32,002 nucleotides of DNA from Nemertoderma westbladi (Eukaryota; Animalia; Xenacoelomorpha), in the NCBI GenBank assembly GCA_032718475.1, contig JAUCBJ010008664.1, positions 1 through 32,002 of the forward strand. The letters are read 5' to 3'. The notes beneath the pieces are model-generated. The model made no database searches. It was not told the origin of the DNA and was given only the letters and a program-made list of their open reading frames with translations. Of the stretch, positions 21,209-29,500 are shown one piece after another. A program made the position numbers and the translations under genes. The number at the start of each line of letters is the position of its first letter. The stretch's first letter is position 1.

Positions 21209-22546
21209 CAGGCCCGTATCGTGCGGGGGGGGGGCTTTGGGGGCACTGCCCCCCCCCCCCCCCCCCCCCAGAGAAGTCTCACTGCCCCCCAGACATGTAT
21301 TGTTCACTCGTCTTGTTCACAATTAATTAATAATAATATTTTTGGTAATCAATATTATTGGATTCACATACTCCTGCCCACTGACCTGACCTGACTCCCC
21401 ACCGTTCCTTTTGCTGATTTGGTCCAATTCTATAATACTACATCACATTAATATACCTACCTACCTGTAATTACTAAAAATACTTGAAAGCTCTAGGTTC
21501 TCTCATTGGCTACCAGGGTGGAGGGGTTGTTTGTTGTTGACCCATTGTCTAGTTGCTTGTAGTTGGGAGCCAGCTTGCAGCTAAAAGGCTTGGCGCTGAG
21601 GGTTGCTTGCGCTGGTATCCATAGCTAAAAATGGTTGTAACTTAGCCTTAAAACCATATTATACCTGAAGTCGGTCCTTCGCGCAGCACGTGATATAAAG
21701 TTATGTATTTAAGTGTAATCTTGAAAGAAAAATCATCAAAATCTAAGCAGATACCCTTGATCACTTTACACCAGCCTAGAGGCAGGCTTGAAAAATGCAG
21801 TCGATTTAACAGTTTAACCCTTGTGCTCTCTTTGGGGTCATTTTTGACCCATCAAAGATTTAAACTTACACAATTTTATCGCACATTGATATTTTATCTC
21901 GAAATTTTGTGACATTTATTATTTTATAGTACTTCTCAATTAGAAAAACAAAAATGTAAAAATTTTCAAGGGGGTCTTTTCAATTTTACAATTTATTGGG
22001 GCCTACACATATGACCTTGAGGTCAAATTTCACCTCATCGTGATTTGTACCTGTACCATTCAATATCAACGAAAAACTTTTTTTGAATTTCAACTCAGTT
22101 CGCACATCATACAGTATGTCATCAAATGGGCCCAAACTTAGCCCGCCCTTTGCCTTGGCACTTGGCACAAGAGAGTCATATTCCCCATTTTTGTGATGAT
22201 CAACTTCTAGTATTCCTACTGCATTGATATTATGCTCATTTAGAACCGCAATGACCGATTTAGTTGTTGTAGACACCTTCAAAACAAGCATAAAGAGAAT
22301 ATTTTTTTGAGATATGTCAGGTATTTGTCAATATCGCATCAAGGCGCTAATTTTGACTTGTACCGGACTTCACATTATCTGCAATAACTCAAAAACTATT
22401 CGCTCTATGTTTGTTTTGAAGGTGTCTTCTAAATTAACTAAATTAACACTCACTTTGTTGTATGCTCCCCAAATCCCTGTTATGGGTTTGCCCCCCCCAG
22501 ATTTGGCCTCTGCCCCCCCAGATGTTATGATCACCATACAGGCCTG
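21209..22546. mobile_element. hAT-like non-autonomous element (~1.3 kb), probably with nested insertions
   Basis: TIRs CAGGCCCGTAT / ATACAGGCCTG (one mismatch), an 8-bp TSD CCCATATT / CCCTTATT (one mismatch), and subterminal TGCCCCCCCAGA repeats at both ends. Confidence 0.8.
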
Positions 22547-22656
22547 CCCTTATTACTACATCGACATATAATGCGTTGGCGTTGTATCACACATCTCCAC
22601 ATAGATGTATCAGCAGTTACTCGCACAGTTTCGAAACTTCGCATAGTTATAACTGT

Positions 22657-22807
22657 ATAAAGATTGTCAGTCTTGGTTTAGGAAAAATATGGACAAAACA
22701 GGACGAGTGCAACGAGGCATATAATGAAGACGAGTACTGTGTAGACTATATTCCTATTAACCATACCTGGCTTCGCCTATTGAAGGCATCAGTAGTTATA
22801 AAGATCG
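22657..22807. repeat. Additional unit of the ~150-bp repeat seen at 19790-20136
   Basis: TATAAAGATTGTCAGTCTT...CAAAACAGGACGAGTGCAACGAGGCATATAATGAAGACGAGTACTGTGTAGACTATATTCCTAT..ACCATACCTGGCTTCGCCTATTGAA. Confidence 0.85.
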
Positions 22808-23042
22808 CATCTAATTGCATCTTATTGCACTAATTGCACTTTTAATTAAATTTGCACTTAGGGGTTGGTATTACTTAACATGTGGTGCCTTCCAGGCATC
22901 ACCACATCTAAGTTCTAGTTCGCTCCTCCTGACTTTGGGAACCATCTCAACTACTTCCCTCTGTCGTCCTCCTCCCTCGGTCGTTTCCTGTTCGTTGCCG
23001 CTCCCTTGTTCTTATCCCCTTTTAGGTTCCTGATCCTTGCCG

Positions 23043-25543
23043 TCACCTCTCTACCGATTCCCTGGGCGCTGGTGTTATTAGCTCCCAGTATCGCTTCGTG
23101 GGTGGCCCCTCCGAATGGCCCTGTTGTTTCCCCCTAGTGGCGTCCCATAGGATCACTTTTATAGCCCGCGGCACATGCTCCGCCAAGAAATCTCTGAACT
23201 CTCCCCGGTTCTGTGGTGTCCACCTGTCCAAATACCTCTGAGTATTTATCACTCCGGCATACGACGCCGCCGTTGACACCTCCTGATAAGTAAACGGAAG
23301 TCTCTGTTTAATAATTTCCAGGTGGGCCTCCTGGTTGATATTAAAGAAGCCCCACCGGAATTCCTGGGCCTTCATCCGCTGCCGGGTCATAGCGCCGACA
23401 TCGGCCCACTCCTCGAAGATCCTAAACTTCTCCTCGTCGTCCATCCAGTCGCACTGGCGTCCGTAGTGCCCCCGGAAGTTGCACTTAGAACACCGGTTGT
23501 GCAACCGTGGACACGCCCCCATCCTATGACTCGACTCGCAGCAGTAGAGACAGCTAGTCCCTTTCTGGAATCGCTACAAGCAGCTCCTTTCCTGGTGAGT
23601 CTGCCTCCCGCAGTAATCGCAGCTGAGTACCAATGCCTCCCGCCCCACGTCGTCTTTCGTCCCAAGCGATCTCCTCGGTCTATGGAGTCGCTGGTAAGCA
23701 AACTTCTGGACGTTAGCGTCTCTGTCCACGTCTATCTCCTCGCCCCGCCAGGGCATCGTCTCTCCGAATACTACCCGTGGTGCCGTTCCCGGTTGCTCGC
23801 CCAACCTGATGGTGCTCCCCGCGAAATCCATCGCCGGTTCCTCATGCACCCAGGCCTGCCTGCTGGGTCTATCCCAGAAGGCTCTCGCCCCGCTGGCCAT
23901 CACCACTCTACCGCCAACCCAGTCCGTGTCCGAGTGGCCGATTCTCCCGATGGGCGGCATCTCTTCGAACTCGTTGTCATCCTCGTCCTCCTCTGGGAGT
24001 GGCTCCAATCCCGGTATCCCGGTGGATCCACTGTGTCCCTTCCCACCTTGGCTCTCGCCCGTGATTCTCCATCCTTCCAGTTCCATTGGCCTCCTCTGCG
24101 CAAAATCGCCCTCGGCGCCCGCTGGTATGGGCGTTGTCTGCAAACCCGATGTCGACTGTTTCGGCGATCCTACCGTCCACCCCAATTCTCGCCCTAGAGA
24201 CTCGCCCAAACTCCCTGATGTCCAGTGCAGGTCATCTAAGGCCGCCTGTTCCTCGAACCCGTAGCCTTCTCCTCTAGTTTCCGCCTCCCTTTCTTCTGCC
24301 TCCCTCCTTTCTCGCCTCTCGTCTATCCGCCTCTAGCTGCTCCCACCTCTGATATGGCGTATCCACCTCCCCATCTACTAGATATCAGCAGTTATAGTAT
24401 ACCTTCAGCCCCGGGTGGTCTACCTGACCCTCAAAAGCCACTTTGAAGGCTCTTCCTTTGTTCAGGGGTGATCCCGATAGCAGGAATGCCGTTGGTTCTC
24501 TCTCGATAACCACGGTCATAAATAGGTTTAGCAAACCTATCATTATCCAGTCCTCCTGCAGGATATATCGCTTCTGATATACCTTTATCACTCCTCTCCG
24601 GAATTGATACACCTCTTGCTTCCCCCTTCTCGCTCCCCACTTCAGCGAGTTTGCCAACTCCGCCTCGTACTCCTCTCTGAATTTACTCCAGTCCATTGGT
24701 TTGTGGCATACGAGACCCATCATCCGACCCATCGCCACCGCTCCACAATGGCCCACGTTCTCTACTAGTCCCAACCCGTCTGGCGCTGTCATAGCCATGT
24801 AGACCGTCTGCATGTCCAGGAGGTTGGGGGTCTCCGGACCGATGATCCTCTCCGCATCGTTGCAGATCGCCGATCCCACCTTTATCGTCGACTTCTCTCT
24901 TATTAGGTACTGCACCGCCTTTGGCAACCGGTTTAACTTCGGCCCGTTCTTCTTCCCATACGTTCCCAGATCGAACAGGAAAATATCCCCATTTGGCGTG
25001 GCCAAATGTAGGAGTATAGTTCTGGCCGACCCCACCGACCCTCTTCTCGAACCTTCCTTGTCCTCCACGGTCCCCTCATCGTCTAGGACCATGTATCCTC
25101 CCCTGCTGACGGAGTCTACGAACCTCTTCCAGTCTTTTCTCGGTGGTTCCTTTGGATACTTTGGTATCTCGAACTTTGCCTCGTCTCCCCTCACCACGTA
25201 GTGGAAATGCCTCGAAGATCACGTTGTCTAGCGATGGTGTCCCGTAGGTCCCGACCAGCCGCTGTTCGTGCACCTCCCTGAAATGGTCCTGCAGCGCTCG
25301 CGCTTTGTGACCCCTCTCTAACTGCTCGTAGTATCCCCTCGTCTTCTCTTCCGAATGCCTTTCGGTGAAATCCACCAGTATCTCCTTTCCTCCCAACTCC
25401 GCCTTTCTCTTTCTGACAAGTTTCTCCGCCATTTCGAACTCTCCCGATCGCTCACCTATAAGGTGGGGCCTTGCCAAGGCACAATACAAGTGAGTGATGT
25501 AGTTAGGATGGTCTGTACAGTCCGATAATGGCCTATCTCTCAC
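23043..25543 (-). pseudogene. Disrupted accessory ORF: DEDDy (WRN/EXD2-like) 3'-5' exonuclease, charged/acidic region, three CCHC zinc knuckles
   Basis: Consecutive minus ORFs 25076-25543, 24385-25197, 23574-24209 and 23043-23522. The last two are in the same frame, separated by one TAG. Exonuclease motifs: YMVLDDEG, ILLHLATPNGDIFLFDL, LPKAVQYLI, IKVGSAICND, LLDMQTVY, QKRYILQED. Knuckles: CDYCGRQTHQERSC, CLYCCESSHRMGAC, CSKCNFRGHYGRQC (23451-23621). The first ATG in good context is at 25432. Confidence 0.75.
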
Positions 25544-25861
25544 TGAATGTTAGGTTATCGCCTAATTTTTCTACCTTATTTTCTAAAAGTGCTAAATTTA
25601 CTAAATTCTGTAATTTTTGTCCGTTACTTTAATTGTGTTCTGGAATATTTTTCCCTACTGTTACCATAATTTGTCTAATTTCTAATTTTTTAATATTTAT
25701 TTTAATTCTACAACTGTGCTATCAGTATCTACTAATGCATTATTCTACTTATAATCCACATTCTGGCCTACTCTATGGGCTTGTGCAGTACAGCAGTATG
25801 TCTCGTGTGGCCTACACGATCTGTCCAGCTGTACCCACGTGCCCCCCTCTCACTACTCACT

Positions 25862-26410
25862 CCTAACTCTACTAACTTTCTAACTAATTTCTACTAACTC
25901 TTACTAACTCTTACTATATACTACATAGCTTCCTACCACTAACTCTTACTACTAACGGTACTACACATACCCTCTTACTAACTACTCTACTAACGGTACA
26001 ACACGTACCCTCTTACTAACTCTTCTACTAACGGTACTACACGTACCCTCTTACTAACTCTTTTACTAACGTACCCTCTTACTAACTAACTCCACTAACT
26101 CTTACTACCAGTACTACGTACCCTCTTACTAACTAACTTCACTAACTCTTACTAACGGTACTATGTACCCTCTTACTAACCAACTCCACTAACTCTTACT
26201 AACGGTACTACGTACCATCTTACTAACCAAGTCCACTAACTCTTACTGATGGTACTACGTACCCTCTTACTAACTAACTCTTACTGACTAACGGTACTAC
26301 GTACCCTCTTACTACTAACTCCACTAACTAACGGTACTACATACCCTCTTACTAACTAACTAATTCTCTAACTAACGGTACTACGTACCCTCTTACTAAC
26401 TCTTACTAAA
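25862..26410. repeat. Minisatellite (~38-47-bp unit, about 10-11 copies) built from CTCTTACTAAC plus the hairpin GGTAC-TAC-GTACC
   Basis: Hairpin cores or variants at ~25957, 25995, 26033, 26111, 26157, 26204, 26251, 26293, 26333 and 26377. Confidence 0.92.
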
Positions 26411-26538
26411 ACTTCTATCTGCCTACTTACTCACTACATACCTACTATGTACTATTACTTTCCTTTCTCTTACTCTTTTTCTCTTTTATTTTTTTTTATT
26501 TTATTATATTTTGTGTGGGAAGGGCGTCTCGCCCTCAA

Positions 26539-26551
26539 TCCCACCCCCCTC
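26539..26551 (-). promoter_or_regulatory. Polypurine-tract-like sequence directly after Bel/Pao B pol
   Basis: The minus strand reads GAGGGGGGTGGGA-T-TGAGGGCG, about 25 nt after the pol stop at 26577. This is where Bel/Pao elements normally have the PPT and the start of the 3' LTR. Confidence 0.65.
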
Positions 26552-26576
26552 AGTCCAACACTTGGACGACTAAACT

Positions 26577-29500
26577 CTACAGTGCCCCTTCTAGCAGGCA
26601 GCACTTTCCTACAGCCCTCCTGTAGGTCTTCCTATCTTTCGCTCCTATCTTACCACCTATCCGCACTTCCACCGATTGGACTCTTCCGTCCTCGTCAGAG
26701 TAAGTGTCCACTACTTTTGCCAATCTCCATTGATTGTTGATGATGGTGTCGTCCATGACGATCACCAAATCACCCTTCTTTAACTCCCTTGTGGTATTTC
26801 TCCACTTACTCCTCCTATGAAGTGTGGGTAGATATTCCTCGACCCACCTCCTCCAGTACTCCGCGCTTATCGCCTTAGCAACTTTCCAACTCTGTCGGGA
26901 GTGTATATCGTCTGGGTCTACACCCCGCATGTCGATGGTCGCCGGCCTCTCCATTAGAAAGTGACTGGGTGTCAGCACATCTAATGATTCTGGGTCATCA
27001 TTTTCTGGGTATAGCGGTCTGCTATTAATGATACCCTCGCACTTAGCTAGCACCGTCCTTAGTACATCTTCTGTCACCATGTGGGTGTTCATCAACTTCG
27101 TCATCAGACGCTTGGAACTACCTACCGACGCATCCTAAAGTATGCGGAGCATACGGCGTCCTCCTCTCCCACTTCACCTGTCGTCTTCTCATGGCTGCCC
27201 TGACTTCCTCCCCTTCCAGGATGTCCAAGGCCTCTGCCAGCTCGTTCTCCACCACCACAAAGTTGGTTCCATTATCGGAGTATATTACTGCAATCGTCCC
27301 ACCTTTGCGGTCTCTGAACCTCACTAGGGCATTGATGAATGCCGATGCGGTTGCGTCTTGGGCGAGTTCTATTCCTACCGCCTGCGTGTTGTTACATACG
27401 AAGATAATGCCGTAGCGCTTCTCCGTGTGCCGCATCACCCTGATCTTTATTGGCCCGAACATATCTACACCGCAGTGCGTGAATGGCGGGTCGTGCTGTC
27501 TCACCCTGCTGGCCAGTAATGGCGCCATCTCCTGTATGGCCCGCTCCTTCCTTGTCCATCGGCAGGTCTGGCACTGCCCCACTACCGCCTTCACCTTCTT
27601 CCTTAGCTGTATGATCCAGAAGGTCCTCCGGATCTCCGTGAGGGTCCGGTTGGTGCCCCCGTGCAATATCGACTTGTGGGAGTCCCAAATGACCTGGTGG
27701 ACTATCGGCGATCCATTTGGGATGATGATGGGTTTTGGTGGGATAATGAGGCTGTTGTTATTTAGCACTCTGGAGTTCATTACTAAGATCCCATTGTCAT
27801 TGAGTTGTGGCGACAGCGTGATAAGCTCGCTGTCCCGTCGAAGATGTTGTTGTTTACCGACGTGCTCCATTCCACTTTCTCTGTTCGTAGCGAATCACGG
27901 CCTTGACCGCTCCCTCCAGATCGATGTTTGGTTTCTTCTTGCTGTCTTTGCCGACTCCCTTGAGGAAATCCCCGAAGGCTCTCCAGTACGCCACTAACTT
28001 CTTGGTCTTGTACCAACTTGAGCTGTAGCTGAGGAGTTTGTCCGTTGGTTATCGCATGATTCTTCTGGTTTTGGTTGCACGTCCCTGATCTCCCTCACTA
28101 TCTGACTATATATCTCTTCACCTTCTGAGTCTCCTCCCTCTTCCTCTAGTACTACATCCTCTGAGCCCGGGTCCACCTTCTTCATCGGTGGCCAGGCTGT
28201 CTTATCGTCCAGGAATTGCGGCCCGTGCTGCCACAATACTTCCTTCTTCAAGAAAGTGTGGCGTGCCACGCCCCTCGATAACAAGTCTGCTGGGTTCTCG
28301 TCCATTGGGCAGTAGTGCCCCCTTTCCAATTCCGTCTTCGCTCTTATCTTGTCCACCCTATTTGCGACAAATATAGGGTATCTCGTCTTCTCATTGTGTA
28401 GCCAACCAAGTACTACCATGGAGTCCGTCCAATAGTGTGTTTCCACTATGTTGGGGATATTGTCCATCAAGTAGGCTGTGGCTCTTACTCCTAACCCCGC
28501 AGCTGTCAACTCGAGTTTCGGGACCAATGCTGAATCTGGCAGCATTGACTTTGCTTTGCTGAATGCAAGTCTAGGCTTATGAGCCCCCTCCCGTTGTACT
28601 AGGTAGAGTGCCACTTCGTATGCTTCCAACGACGCATCGGAGAACATGTGTAGATCCAGATTTGCCATATCCCCATCTGGGAAATACACGCGTGGCATGA
28701 TGTATGTCCCCATCTGTTCTAAACTCTCTGTCCACTTACTCCACTGCTTGCTGATCTCTTCCGGGACCTCTGTATCCCACTCGTCCTTTAGCTTATATAC
28801 TTTCTTAAGTATTTGCTTCCCCGTGACTAATAGTGGGGATGCTAGGCCTAGGGGATCGTATATCTGTGCTATGTACGATACATAGCCCCTCTTTGTGTGG
28901 ATGTCCGCGCCCTCTTGGCTCAGCTGGTACTTGAACTCGTCCGTCTCTCTGTTCCACACGATCCCTAACACCTTCTGCTGGGACTCTACCCTCTTGTTCG
29001 CCATGTCCTGTCCCTTGGCTGTTGTGGGATTATCCATGGTCGACTCTGGCCTCCTGTCCTCTATGGCTTTCATAAACTCTTCCGAGCTGGATTGGAACTT
29101 GGTCAAGTTAAACCCGGATCCCTTCAGGATGTCGCGAACCTTGCGCCCTGTATCCAGCAGTTCTTTAACCGTGTTTCCAGACTCCATTCCGTCGTCTACA
29201 TAGAAGCCGCGTCAAATCATATTGACGGCTTTGGTGCTATATCTCTCCTCTTTCCCCTCTACTGTGTCCCTCACAGCCACAGTCGTCGTGAATTAGGACG
29301 ACTTGGTCCCCATATTCTGCACCAACATCTTGTACATCGGTATTGTCAACGGTTCCTCGTCGCCATTGTACCATAGGAAGCGCTGACTGTCACTATCCTC
29401 CTCCATTACACGGACTTGGTTGAACATGCCTTCAATGTCGCAGGTGAAGGCGTTCCTCCCGTTTCTGAATCTGAGTAGGACCTCGATCCCTGAGTTGTAG

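Noticed and set aside
21986-22291. 101-aa minus-strand ORF inside the hAT-like element
   Set aside because: No transposase or other motif recognised, and it lies in repeat-derived sequence.
23322-24197. 291-aa plus-strand ORF
   Set aside because: It is the antisense shadow of the GC-rich minus-strand coding region and has no recognisable motifs.
23043-25543. Accessory ORF as an env gene, or as the gag of a separate retroelement
   Set aside because: I saw no signal peptide, furin site or convincing transmembrane anchor. The knuckles are not preceded by a capsid-like domain or followed by protease or RT.
25862-26410. Regularly spaced palindromic repeats resembling a CRISPR array
   Set aside because: The intervening sequences are themselves repeats of ACTAAC/CTCTT rather than unique spacers, there are no cas genes, and the context is a eukaryotic retrotransposon.
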